A DNA stretch of 63,793 bases, filler included, from Octopus bimaculoides (taxonomy: Eukaryota): NCBI RefSeq assembly GCF_001194135.2. It is 5 parts of 5 records of this genome, joined end to end, with 100 filler letters (N's around TTAATTAATTAA, not from the genome) between each part and the next. Parts side by side here need not be neighbours in the genome. Positions count along the whole stretch, not along the records: positions 25,252 to 56,228 come from NC_068993.1; positions 56,329 to 60,461 come from NC_068985.1; positions 60,562 to 62,536 come from NW_026309355.1; positions 62,637 to 63,793 come from NW_026436877.1; 1 more part is not named here. The stretch is one strand, 5' to 3'. This document shows, in pieces, positions 51,706 through 63,793 of this stretch. A program made the position numbers and the translations under genes. Below the pieces are notes generated by a model. That model searched no databases and was not told the DNA's origin. It worked only from the letters and a program-made list of their open reading frames with translations. The stretch's first letter is position 1. Each line of letters starts with the position of its first letter.

Positions 51706-52551
51706 CATTACCATCTCTTAACTAGGCATCAAATCATTTTCAGAACAAGGTCACAGTCAATTTAATTAACATGTTAATTGAATTTTAATGCTGAATGGTG
51801 ATTTCTATGGGAAATATAGACAGTGTAGGATGGTCAACTAAATTCCACGGCGTCTNNNNNNNNNNNNNNNNNNNNNNNNNNNNNNNNNNNNNNNNNNNNN
51901 NNNNNNNNNNNNNNNNNNNNNNNNNNNNNNNNNNNNNNNNNNNNNNNNNNNNNNNNNNNNNNNNNNNNNNNNNNNNNNNNNNNNNNNNNNNNNNNNNNNN
52001 NNNNNNNNNNNNNNNNNNNNNNNNNNNNNNNNNNNNNNNNNNNNNNNNNNNNNNNNNNNNNNNNNNNNNNNNNNNNNNNNNNNNNNNNNNNNNNNNNNNN
52101 NNNNNNNNNNNNNNNNNNNNNNNNNNNNNNNNNNNNNNNNNNNNNNNNNNNNNNNNNNNNNNNNNNNNNNNNNNNNNNNNNNNNNNNNNNNNNNNNNNNN
52201 NNNNNNNNNNNNNNNNNNNNNNNNNNNNNNNNNNNNNNNNNNNNNNNNNNNNNNNNNNNNNNNNNNNNNNNNNNNNNNNNNNNNNNNNNNNNNNNNNNNN
52301 NNNNNNNNNNNNNNNNNNNNNNNNNNNNNNNNNNNNNNNNNNNNNNNNNNNNNNNNNNNNNNNNNNNNNNNNNNNNNNNNNNNNNNNNNNNNNNNNNNNN
52401 NNNNNNNNNNNNNNNNNNNNNNNNNNNNNNNNNNNNNNNNNNNNNNNNNNNNNNNNNNNNNNNNNNNNNNNNNNNNNNNNNNNNNNNNNNNNNNNNNNNN
52501 NNNNNNNNNNNNNNNNNNNNNNNNNNNNNNNNATATATATATATATATACA

Positions 52552-52627
<76 letters not shown>

Positions 52628-53121
52628 GTATAGTAGTAATATCGCATGTATAGTAGTTCATATTATAGCAATATATTGTAGTAATATGACATGCATGCAG
52701 CAGGAATTATTAGTAAGATGTATTAAGGCTATCAGAGACGGGTTGGGGGCTGCTGAGCTAAATTCGTTTTTCTCTATTCATTACAGTAAAAAGCGTTTGA
52801 GAGTTTAGTTCGTGGCAATACTTATTGTTCTTTTCCCCCTCTGTAAGATCGAGAAAACTACTACAACAATGAATTTATTTAGTTGATTACCACCACTCTC
52901 TTTCTCTCTCTCACTCTTACAAAAACACATAAATACACATACATAAACACACAAACACACACATACACAGACACACACACAAACACACACACATAGATTA
53001 ATGTGACACTCAAAGAGGACAGACAAATATGAAGTACATTGGTGACTTATAGTCAATAGATATAATTATAATATCAATAAAATCTTATGAAATAAAGAAC
53101 ACCGATTCCGAGAGAGATTTC

Positions 53122-53268
53122 TCATCAAGAGACCCCAAACTTATTTGACGCACTTCAAAATATAAGATATGAAATTCATCAAGAGACCCCAAACTTATTT
53201 GACGTACTTCAAAATATGAGATATGAAATTCATCAAGAGACCCCAACTTATTTGACGTACTTCAAAAG
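53122..53268. repeat. 54-bp minisatellite, about 2.7 copies
   Basis: tcatcaagagaccccaaacttatttgacg(c/t)acttcaaaatat(a/g)agatatgaaat starting at 53122, 53176 and 53230. Confidence 0.9.
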
Positions 53269-55589
53269 ATATAAAATTAAAAAATTCCTGTTTCCTATCC
53301 ACAATGAACAAATTCCTTGTACAAACGTCTAGAGAGTTTTCTTGTAAATCAACAGGAAATTTGAATTACCGATGTTTGAAACACTGTGTAGAACTGAAAT
53401 TTCCGGTCCCTTACTTGTCTTATTATAAAAACGAGGCAATTTCTCACAAAAGTTAATGAGTTTGTATAATATTCATATCCTCCTCTGAAGCACTGGTAAC
53501 AAATAAAGTGAAATCGCTTCCATCTCGGTTGTCAACTGATATACGAACTCCTCGAATAGCTGGGTTTCTGTGGGATGACATAAATTCCAAAAATTCTATT
53601 GAATTCATTTAGAGTCAAACGATAAGATAAAGAAACAGTTACATTAATATAAATTAAAATGATGACACTTCTTGCCAGCCACAATTATCGCATAAGTCTC
53701 GATAATTTTTCTGGGCATAATTTAGTTGCCGAAAAAAAAAAGAACACTACGGTCTTACCATTTTGGTTAAACGTAGTTCCGATGGTATCCTCAGGAGAGA
53801 TCTTTCCGGCAATAAACTTAGCTTCGAAAGACACTGTTAGAGGTGTTTTAAAGTCACTGAGTGCTAATGCATCTTCCTCCGAAGGCGGAAAGAGAATGGG
53901 GATTTGGAGTCTTAATCTTTCATAGGATCGAGAAAGTCCATCCGATAGAACAACAAACGAGTAGACCCTTTAATTCAAGATAAGATTTGTTAATTAGAAA
54001 GAATGGGTGTTGAAACGTGAGGGTTCAGTATGGGATTCTTTGTGGTAATTTGATAAGCGAGATTGTCGATAGTTTCAGCTGAAAATGTTTGCATTAGCGG
54101 TGTCAACGAGTCATTTAATAGAAACATCTCGGGAACAGCTAATTCAATGACTGAGTTTTATTTTTAACATAATACAGCAAAGTGGCAGAGAGAGAATAAG
54201 AGAGTTACTGGGTCCTTTGAGGAACCCAAAATTTTTGAAAAAGTGTTCCACTTACACTTGAAACATGTAGCATTTCAGCCGAACATACAGCAGAAAATTT
54301 TAAGAGCAATAATAATTTTGACAGGGCGTTTACTGTACATTTACAAGTCTCTTTCAGGAGTCAGTTATCTCCCCTACACCTTTTCTTCCTTGCACAAATT
54401 TTCAGTTTCCAAAAGTGATTCCCTAACTGCACTTTTGTCTAATTGCAGCACAGTGTCTTAAGCCTGAGTCTATAACATGTATTTCCCAGGTGCAATTTAG
54501 AGTGAAGTCTAGACTCGGATTTTTGATTTATTGTAATATGGATCGTTTTATATAATTTAGTAGGTACCAGCCATGTCGCTTTTGAAATTGTTAAAGTTTA
54601 AATTGAATTTCTGAATAGGTCTTATTCCCTAACCGATTCCATAGTCGACTAACTGCGAATACAAACAGTTCGGCATCAGAATAAGGGATCCCAGCTATAG
54701 TGGCATCGTATGCTGTATACTCAAAAAATGATTTCCACATTTTCTGGGTAAATGGAGTTCGCTGAGGGTTTCCCATAATTTGTGATATGCTTTACGGACT
54801 CTTAAGACACACAGGCGGTGCCCCAGCATGGCCACAATCAAATAACTGAAGCAAGTGAAAGTAAAGGTGTGTGAAACTTCAGGAGCTGTGACACGATTTT
54901 GAATCTTTCCTGTGCCATACCGATGATTGTAATAATAGGTGAATTATACTAAAGTAGGATAACCAAAATGGTATGTGATTTAGGTAGGATTTAAATTCAC
55001 TAAAAGTTCATCGGACAGAATTCTTAATGACAACAGTTTGCAAAGTACTTATAACAATACCAAGAAGCAGTAGTTGAAGAATCCGTGGAGATTCAACCAT
55101 TTCTGTTGTTATTATAACACCATAATGTTATCCAATGAACAATAATACTGTTACTTAATGACAGAAACTCTGCCAACAGATAACCTCCTACTTTAAACGA
55201 AGATAACGACGAAATCATGTAGAAAAATTTATATTAAATAAATTAATAAATTCATGTAAGCATTATATATCAAAACGTAAACAACGACAACAGCAAAATA
55301 TGTGTCATTGCACATGCTACATCCTCATAACAAATATGAGTGCAATGTATTTTCAAAATAAAGGTAATAGATATTACTGATAGTAAAACGTTATACAAGG
55401 CTACAAATATCCGGTTTTCCGTAACGCAATATCAATAATAGAGGATAAGAGTAATTCATAACAATACAGAGTGCTCGGGCTAAATTTTACGATTTTTATG
55501 TTTCTTTTCTTTTTTTTTCAGGAACAGCTTAAAGTATTGGTGATCAGTGAACGGTGTTGGAGAACACGACGATTAAACATGTAGTTGAG

Positions 55590-56010
55590 AAAAAGTTAGC
55601 TGACAGGGAGGACTGGAAACCATCTGAATTTTGGGAAAGAGTTTCTTGCGTTATGATGATTCGTGACTAGTACCAACACGCTGATATCATGCGTACTACG
55701 CAAGCTCTGTGATCACTGTAAATGCTAATGATTGCCGGTGAATTTCTACGACTTCAACAGCCCCGATTTCTGGTCTCTCAATTCCTCTGATTGTAATCCC
55801 ATGGATTACTATGTGTGGGACGCGTTTCGGAAAGACCAAATACCCTGACTGCAACATCAAGGCCGAACTAGAGGCAAGGAATAAGGCGGTTTTAGAAAAT
55901 GTTCCCCGAGACACATGCTCTCGGTTCTGGAGCCATTTTGAGGCAATGGGGGAAGCAAAGGACGGCTACTTTGAGTTAGCTGTTATCTCCGGGCCACAAT
56001 CTAGTTAATG
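55590..56010 (+). mobile_element. Tc1/mariner fragment, maT (DD37D)-like transposase C-terminus
   Basis: NFYDFNSPDFWSLNSSDCNPMDYYVWDA (WPPNSPDCNPMDYYVW motif) and NIKAELEARNKAVLENVPRDTCSRFWSHFEAMGEAKDGYFE. Confidence 0.8.
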
Positions 56011-56364
56011 TTTTTTTTTTTTTTTAAACAATACATTTCTATTTTTGGATGGGATATTGTGTTTGCTTTTCCTTTTATGCAAAGTGTCAAATTTAGTCCG
56101 AACAACGTGTATTATAGGACATAGAAGCTACGAAGCTTATGTTTCCTGTTGTGAACCTCTCTCAATTAATACAGGTCAGCAACGACTGGGTTATTGCAAA
56201 TCATCATTATTGTCAATTGGTAGCAATANNNNNNNNNNNNNNNNNNNNNNNNNNNNNNNNNNNNNNNNNNNNTTAATTAATTAANNNNNNNNNNNNNNNN
56301 NNNNNNNNNNNNNNNNNNNNNNNNNNNNATATATATATATATATATATATATATACGACAAGTT

Positions 56365-56516
56365 TATTTCAGTTTTCGTCTACCAAATCCACTCACAAGG
56401 CTTTGGCCGTCCTGAGGCTATAGTGGGAGACACTTGCCCAAGGTGCCACGCAGTGGGACTGACCTCGGTACCATGTGGTTGGTAAGCAAGGGTCTTATCC
56501 CACACCCACTCCTGCA

Positions 56517-56518
<2 letters not shown>
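56365..56518 (-). mobile_element. SINE family A, 5' head
   Basis: ctaccaaatccactcacaaggc..gacacttgcccaaggtgccacgcagtgggactga..ccatgtggttggtaagcaag..cactcctgcacct. Confidence 0.85.
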
Positions 56519-56555
<37 letters not shown>

Positions 56556-56899
56556 GCATTATAAAAATATATAAAAATATATGGCAACTGAAGCACAAGG
56601 ATGTGAAATGCAGCCCCCAACCCTAGTAAAATCAAGGTGCTTCACGACACCAACCGCCTTTTGCTCCGGATATTTCATATTTATATTTTTAAAATTGGGC
56701 TTCAGTATCCTGAAGCGAATAGGATGCTAGTCACATCCAAAGCGTAGTCTGATGTAACTGTACATTGTTGTAAAATTTTTCGTGCGCTCTCATTTCTGAT
56801 TCTATCTACTTGGCCAGGAAACTATTGTTTTCCTCTTTCTTCAGGCAGTCTAGTATATCCATCAGTTCCTGAACTGAGATCTGACCAATTGTAATTCAA

Positions 56900-57469
56900 G
56901 AATATTTCCTCATCAGTGTTTCCTGCTTTTGGCTGGGTTCGACTTTCTTTCATTTTACTGTTCCCGATAATTCACCACCCTTTCTCAGCTTCCACCTTAT
57001 TTCCATCGTCGAGTTAGCACTTTCGGTGGGTTTTGATCAAATATGTTGGCGGGGGTGAGTAAATCTTGTGCTTTTTTTGCAACGCAACGATTTTGACTGT
57101 GGTACTGAGGTTAAGGTAATTTCATCAGCTTTGGTTATCTTCGTAAATGCCACTAGTGTTGCTCTAGAAACATCCTCTAGAGTCCATTGTTGTTGCTACT
57201 GATACTGTTGTTCGAGGCAACTTTTACCCTTCTATCTTTCTTACTTCCACATGTGTAGCAACTTGGCGTTCAACCCTGAAATAATACCTAAGTGCTTTTG
57301 TTCTCAGCTCTCCGTAACGGGCACAACTCTGAAATAATCTTGTCTTCTTCAGGGTCATGAGACACTCTCGCTCCACCATTATCTGTACTGTACCTTCAAG
57401 ATAATGGAGAGTCAAAAGCTAAACTCTGTAACTATCTCCCTAGTCATAACTCATAATTTTACTTCACAC

Positions 57470-57534
<65 letters not shown>

Positions 57535-58085
57535 ACTATCTCTACATATATACAGAGAGAAGGAGAGAGAGAGAGAGAAAGTGAGAGAGGGAGAGTAAGA
57601 AAGAGCGAGAGAGGGAGAGATAAACAGACAGAAATTGATTTGTAAACCAGTAGTTGTGTCGCGCAAAATTCAGGTGTTTTTCTGTCTTTTTCTTTTGGGG
57701 CATACAGAAAGACCCTCCGCCTGCCTTCTTTTTAAAATTGAAATATAGGTATGTTACTTTCCTGTCGTCGAAGAAATATCTCGGATTAGAAAGAACGATA
57801 TCCGTAATGTAACTCTCTTTTGCTTTTTATTCGTTCTCAAAAGCTGACTCAAGTCTAGTGTTTCTCTTGGTACGCAGGACTGTTGTCGCCGTTGTTAAAA
57901 TCTGTGCTTTCTTCACTTTTCTTTGTTAAAGTGCGATTGACTATATTCACAAAAATATCATGTGTTCAGTTGTCATTTTTAAAAATCGTTATAAACTTTC
58001 GAAAATGTTTTCAAACTCTTTGCTAGGCATTCGTTGCTGTTAAGTTTGTAGCTAGCACTATTTTCTGCTCTCTCAGACGTTGGCC
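56900..58085 (-). pseudogene. Possible LINE ORF1/gag-like remnant with a degenerate zinc knuckle, interrupted by microsatellites
   Basis: TPSCYTCGSKK (CxxC start of a knuckle) and LEGTVQIMVE..RLFQSCARYGE in broken frames; no intact motif. Confidence 0.3.
57470..57620. repeat. (ATCT)n and (GA)n microsatellites
   Basis: Direct reading. Confidence 0.95.
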
Positions 58086-58284
58086 ATTCTGAACCACAGG
58101 CAAAGAATATATTAAGTATTTAAGACAATCCTTATTTTTCCATACAAGAAAAATTCGGTGAACTACTTAAAGAGCTTTCTTGGCAAATTACACAAAACCC
58201 TTTTTTTCATTAAAATTGCGATATACAACTCACATCTTCTTTGAGAGGTCTTTTACAGTTATTCCTTCATCACAAACAACAAAA

Positions 58285-58712
58285 ACAACATCGATAGTAA
58301 CAACAACAAGGATAGTAATTATAATTACAATTACAACAAAATCATTAATAACAATGACAACAACAACTACAACACTACTACTACTACTACTACTACTACA
58401 ACTAGTAATAATAATGATGATGATCATGAAGATAATAACAATAGTGATGATGAAGATAATAATAACAATAATAATAATAATAATAATAACAATGATGATG
58501 ATGATGATGATGATGTTGATGATGAGGACGATGATAATGATGATGTTAGTGATAGTGATGAAGATAATGATACTAACAGTATTAGCAATAATAATAATAA
58601 CAATAACAATAATAATAGAAGAAGAAGAAGAAGAAGAAGAAGAAGAAGAAGAAGAAGAAGAAGAAGAAGAAGAAGAAGAAGAAGAAGAAGAAGAAGAAGA
58701 AGAAGAAGAAGA
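58285..58712. repeat. Compound trinucleotide array (AAC/CTA/ATG/AAT/AAG)n
   Basis: Direct reading; source of ORF 58180..58797. Confidence 0.95.
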
Positions 58713-59084
58713 GGGGAAAAACGAAGAAGAAAGAAGAGAAAAAAGAAACCTGTCACAATATCAGATTTATAATAACGCTACTAATGATTGCTGTTAATAT
58801 ATGATAAAGAAAGTCGTTACATAAAACATAACATAACGTTATTGATTATATTCGTATAGCATCTTTCTATATAATATCAATCTTGCTGCCATAAAAACAC
58901 CTATTAAGCAATAATACTATGGGTAGTTATCATGTCAAACTAAGTTTCTTTCTTTTATATATGTATATATGTATATATATAACTGTTAGTGTAACAGTAA
59001 CATAGTAGTAACACTTTGTTAGAGAAACATATTAAAATTCAGTTTCAGGCTGTCATGCATAGTAATAATATATTATAATTGTTT

Positions 59085-59285
59085 TAAATTTTGGCATAAA
59101 ACCAGAATTTTTTTGAAGGGGTGGTAGTTAGTCGATTACATGGACACCAGTAATTTTGTGGTATTTTATTTTATCGTCTAATAAAGGATGATAGATATAG
59201 TTGGTTACGATGGGATTTGAACTCAAAAGGTAAAGGGCGGGAAGAAATGCTTGGCGCTCTAACAGCTCTGCCAGCTCACTGCCTT
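59085..59285 (-). mobile_element. SINE family B, diverged
   Basis: ttttggcataaaacc..gtcgattacat..gatttgaactca..tctgccagctcactgcctt. Confidence 0.75.
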
Positions 59286-59560
59286 ATACGCTATAATGCA
59301 GTGTCATAATATCAATGCTACCAGTTTTCATCGAAGCAATATGGCTGCGTTACAGAAATGGTCCCGCACAAAATATTCTAAATCAATGGCTTTAATTATG
59401 TGCAAAGTAGGACCCATCGCGGTCTAATATGATGACCATGCAAGCAGCAACTTCCTCCTCCTCGTTCTCTTTCTCCTCTTTCCCTTCCTCATCATTATCA
59501 TTATGATCAACAACAACAGCAACAACAATAACAATGATAACAATAATAATTTCTGATTAA

Positions 59561-59770
59561 AAAGCTGTGAACTGGCAAAAACGTTAGCACAGTGGGGGAA
59601 ATTCTTAGCGGTATTTCGTCTGTTTTTACGTTCTGAGTTCAAATTCTGCCGAGGTAGACTTGCCTTTCATCCCTTCGGGGTCGATAAATTTAGTACCAGT
59701 TGCGTACTGAGGTCGATCAAATCGACTGACACCCTCCCCAAAATGTCGGGCTTTGTGCCTAGAGTAGAAA
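59561..59770 (+). mobile_element. SINE family B
   Basis: actggcaaaaacgttagcac..ctgagttcaaattctgccgagg..gcctttcatcccttcggggtcgataaatttagtaccag..ctttgtgcctagagtagaaa. Confidence 0.85.
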
Positions 59771-59951
59771 ATAATTTCTGATTAGGCAAATTTTGGGACA
59801 AAGCATCAAAACTGAAAGGAGAGTTTAGCTGATAGCAAAGGATCTCAGTACTTAACTGGTACTTCATTTTGTCGAGTACCAAGTCAAGTACTGGGCTCAA
59901 GAACCATTGAACTTAAGCATACAAATAAGACTACTAGATAGCATATATAAG

Positions 59952-60080
59952 CTTGATATCATTCTCCATAACAAATTGTTGTTGTTGGCACTCCGTCGCT
60001 TACGACGTCGAGGGTTCCAGTTGATCCGATCAACGGAACAGCCTGCTAGTGAAATTAACGTTCAAGTGGCTGAGTATATT
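59952..60080 (-). mobile_element. 3' tail of a SINE/LINE ending in (CAA)n
   Basis: Reverse complement reads ..agcaggctgttccgttgatcggatcaactggaaccctcgacgtcgtaagcgacggagtgccaacaacaacaa; GC-rich hairpin-like end plus a simple-repeat tail. Family not assigned. Confidence 0.55.
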
Positions 60081-60428
60081 CAATGTAATAGTAGCAATAC
60101 CATTGACTACAGATCAAGCGTGCGTTGATGTACTGAATTTCATTGACAAAAAATTTTAATATGTTGAAAATTGTTTGCCTGTCTTACTTACGGTAAGAAA
60201 AATTTTCTCTTAGCTGTGGAAAGCAAAGAGAAACCTAACGCAATCATTAACGACACACAAAGTAAAAGACATAATTTCAATTAGATAAAAATCAATAAAG
60301 CGTCTTTAATACTTATGCTTAAGGACATAACTAATCTTTGTTCTCGGGAACAGTCGTAGCAACAGGCACACTTCGGTCTTATTGGATCTTCTCAGCAAAA
60401 TGTTGACAGCATAAAACCACTTGATCAG

Positions 60429-60461
<33 letters not shown>

Positions 60462-60561
60462 NNNNNNNNNNNNNNNNNNNNNNNNNNNNNNNNNNNNNNN
60501 NNNNNTTAATTAATTAANNNNNNNNNNNNNNNNNNNNNNNNNNNNNNNNNNNNNNNNNNNN

Positions 60562-61075
60562 CATGGGATGAGGTGGTGAAGCATGACCTTCGAGCACTGG
60601 GCCTCACTGAGGCAATGACAAAAGACCAAGGCCTCTCTGGAGATATGCTGTGACTGAGAAGACCTGATAAATAAAGGTTAGTGAGGAGACCTATTGAGTC
60701 AAGTACATCAAAATCAAATCACAGTCAAATGGAAATTGTAGTTGTGATCCCTGTGTTGGTAGCATGTAAAAAGCACCATCCGATCGTGGCCGATGCCAGC
60801 ACTGCGTTGACTGGCTTCCGTGCCAGTGGCACGTAAAAAGCACCATCCGATCGTGGTCGATGCCACCCCACTCTGACACCTGTGCCAGTGGCACATCAAA
60901 AAAAGCATCCACAATATACTCTCAGAGTGGTTGGCGTTAGGAAGGGCATCCAGCTGTAGAAACACTGCAAGATCAGACTGGAACCTGGTGCAGCCTCCTG
61001 GCTTCCCAGACCCCCGGCTGAACCGTCCAACCCATTCCAGCATGGAAAACGGACGCTAAACGATGATGATGCATA
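60562..61075 (+). mobile_element. RTE-clade LINE 3' end
   Basis: ORF end WDEVVKHDLRALGLTEAMTKD..WRYAVTEKT; 3' UTR tggttggcgttaggaagggcatccagctgtagaaa..ccagcatggaaaacggacg; (GAT)n tail. Confidence 0.8.
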
Positions 61076-61911
61076 TAGATATATATGCATACATATAAAT
61101 ATATGTATGCGAATATATATATCTATATATATATATATATATATATATAATAATATTATTAGGGACAAAATCCCAAATTACAGGTAAAATGCATACACAC
61201 ACATACACATAAAATATGTATATATATGTATACTTATCTACACACATATATGCACACACACACACTATACACATACATACATATATATATATNNNNNNNN
61301 NNNNNNNNNNNNNNNNNNNNNNNNNNNNNNNNNNNNNNNNNNNNNNNNNNNNNNNNNNNNNNNNNNNNNNNNNNNNNNNNNNNNNNNNNNNNNNNNNNNN
61401 NNNNNNNNNNNNNNNNNNNNNNNNNNNNNNNNNNNNNNNNNNNNNNNNNNNNNNNNNNNNNNNNNNNNNNNNNNNNNNNNNNNNNNNNNNNNNNNNNNNN
61501 NNNNNNNNNNNNNNNNNNNNNNNNNNNNNNNNNNNNNNNNNNNNNNNNNNNNNNNNNNNNNNNNNNNNNNNNNNNNNNNNNNNNNNNNNNNNNNNNNNNN
61601 NNNNNNNNNNNNNNNNNNNNNNNNNNNNNNNNNNNNNNNNNNNNNNNNNNNNNNNNNNNNNNNNNNNNNNNNNNNNNNNNNNNNNNNNNNNNNNNNNNNN
61701 NNNNNNNNNNNNNNNNNNNNNNNNNNNNNNNNNNNNNNNNNNNNNNNNNNNNNNNNNNNNNNNNNNNNNNNNNNNNNNNNNNNNNNNNNNNNNNNNNNNN
61801 NNNNNNNNNNNNNNNNNNNNNNNNNNNNNNNNNNNNNNNNNNNNNNNNNNNNNNNNNNNNNNNNNNNNNNNNNNNNNNNNNNNNNNNNNNNNNNNNNNNN
61901 NNNNNNNNNNN

Positions 61912-61950
<39 letters not shown>

Positions 61951-62490
61951 GTTTAACGAACTAAGATTTTGAAAGCATTTGGTTATTTTCTTCGATCGTC
62001 CTATTTCCTAACTGCCATTTAAAACCCCGATAAAAAAAAATTAAAAAACAATACGGAGAAACTTCATATATTATTTAAGTTGACTAAACTAATTCGAAAA
62101 TAACTCGCGACTTGTTAAAGGTGTTGCGTTACCTGTAATATGATATACCACTAAATCGCACTCCAATCAATTTTTACTCGCCGGTTTATATTATACAGTA
62201 ATAGCCGCTTATTATGATAATGGTTAATGCAATGAAAGGGCTACTGTCATCAAAATATCTGTCTCGGACATATTAAGGATATTGTTTAATATTATCAACA
62301 GATTATTGTTTTCTAAAGTAGTCCCATTAAAGATCCTAATAATCACTTCAACTCTGTACTCACACACTTATGTATATTCAAAATGTCTCACGTAGTTTTT
62401 ACCTCAACAGTCTTAAGCCCCTCTTTTACAACACATTACCTAAACCTATAATTTTTATTTTTCATTAATCATTGTTAATGAAATTTAGAA

Positions 62491-62536
<46 letters not shown>

Positions 62537-62635
62537 NNNNNNNNNNNNNNNNNNNNNNNNNNNNNNNNNNNNNNNNNNNNTTAATTAATTAANNNNNNNN
62601 NNNNNNNNNNNNNNNNNNNNNNNNNNNNNNNNNNN

Positions 62636-63585
62636 NGCCGACGACACAAGTATTCAAGGAACCTTCTGATGCTAATCTTCTTCAGAAAGACCTCGATACC
62701 ATATATAAATGGGCCGAGGACGACAACATGCAATTTAATGCAGGCAAATTCCAAGCCCTTCACTACCAGCTAATTGGCGCTCAGAAGTTGTAACAGCGAT
62801 ACTTTGGACCTAAAGAAGCGGAAATCCTAGAATCACATATGGTGCGTGATCTTGGGATTGATATGAACAATGATGCCTTGTTTCACACGCATGTCACCAA
62901 GATGGTGGCTCTATGCAGGCGAATGACCTGATGCATTGAGAACCTTAAGAAACTATACTGGTCCTATGGAGGGCATTTGTCCTCATCCGTCTGGACTACT
63001 GCTCCCAACTGTGGTCACCATACCATGTCGGGTTAATAGCGGAACTTGAGGCGGTTCAGCGATGTTACACAAGAATGATTGCATAATGAAACCGCTGAGC
63101 TACTGAAAGAGCTACGGCTCTACATCCTGGAGCGAAGACAGGAGAGGTATGCAGTGATATATGTTTGTAAGATACTGGAGGGGCTGTAACCAAACTTTGG
63201 AATTGAGAATTACACCAGACCCCGAACTGGATGTTACTGCACTGTTCTAAGGGTCCCAGCCATCGCATTTAGAATGAGGAACATGCACTGTAATAGTTTG
63301 GGATTCTAGGCCCCACAGCAATTTAGCGCCTTGCCAAAATATCTCAGGGATCTTCATAGAGCGAGAGTAGATGCTTTCAAGAAATAACTTGACCTCTTGC
63401 TATCCAAGGTCACAGATGAACCAATATCAAGTCAGGAAACTCAAAAGAGGGCAGCAGTGTTGAACTCCCTCCTTCACCAAAAGCCATCCACATAGAATTG
63501 ACCAATTAAAAGGTGATTACACTGGCAGTGGCCCAGCATGACCCTAACCTAAAGGCTGAAACATAAGAGATAAAAAAATAAAAGA
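62636..63585 (+). mobile_element. CR1-clade LINE, RT C-terminal region and 3' tail
   Basis: LLQKDLDTIYKWAEDDNMQFNAGKF..VRDLGI..RLDYCSQLWSPY..LEAVQR..LERRQERY..LPKYLRDL..DEP; several stops. Confidence 0.9.
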
Positions 63586-63594
63586 ATGAGTTTT

Positions 63595-63793
63595 GTGTCA
63601 GTATTTGTCCCCCAACACCGCTTGACAACCGGTGTTGGTGTGTTAACTTCTCCGTGAATTAGCGGTTCGGCAAAAGTTACAGATAAAGTAAGTACGAGGC
63701 GTTAAAAAATAAGAACGGTGCAGGAGTGTTTGATTAAAATTCTTCAAGGCGGTGCCCCAGTATGGCCGCAGTCTAATGCCTGAAAGGAATAAA
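63595..63793 (+). mobile_element. SINE family A, 3' half
   Basis: ccgcttgacaaccggtgttggtgtg..ttagcggttcggcaaaag..aggcggtgccccagtatggccgcagtc. Confidence 0.85.

Noticed and set aside
53122-53268. CRISPR-like array
   Set aside because: Units are contiguous with no unique spacers, the context is eukaryotic, and there are no cas genes.
57129-57140. Short matches to miR-9 (ctttggttatct) and the miR-2001 5' end (48504-48512)
   Set aside because: Matches stop after 9-12 nt and no precursor hairpin is evident.
3022-61972. Dozens of ORFs such as [20 protein letters not shown], poly-V/E/R/L and X-filled ORFs
   Set aside because: They are translations of microsatellites or run through N gaps, with no coding signal.

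Overview
AT-rich, microsatellite-saturated eukaryotic sequence with many assembly gaps. The SINE, LINE and MITE repertoire looks like an octopus/coleoid cephalopod draft genome; this is inference from repeat style, not a database result. I found no convincing intact host protein-coding gene, and almost every long ORF in the track comes from microsatellites or N runs, so the window is probably intronic or intergenic. It is a layered transposon graveyard: a mariner bounded by both TIRs and TA TSDs, rosa-like and maT-like Tc1/mariner fragments, a 2.7-kb hATm-like element with TIRs and an 8-bp TSD nested inside a SINE, a Merlin transposase fragment, a Merlin-like palindromic MITE carrying divergent telomeric arrays, R4/Dong, L1/Tx1, CR1 and RTE LINE remnants, and more than 25 tRNA-derived SINE copies. 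The best lead is a single, fully canonical extended type I hammerhead ribozyme on the + strand at 44929-44996. It has an intact catalytic core, three stems and a Schistosoma-like loop II plus stem I internal loop, and it lies just downstream of a candidate micro-exon. Boundaries of degraded repeats are approximate.
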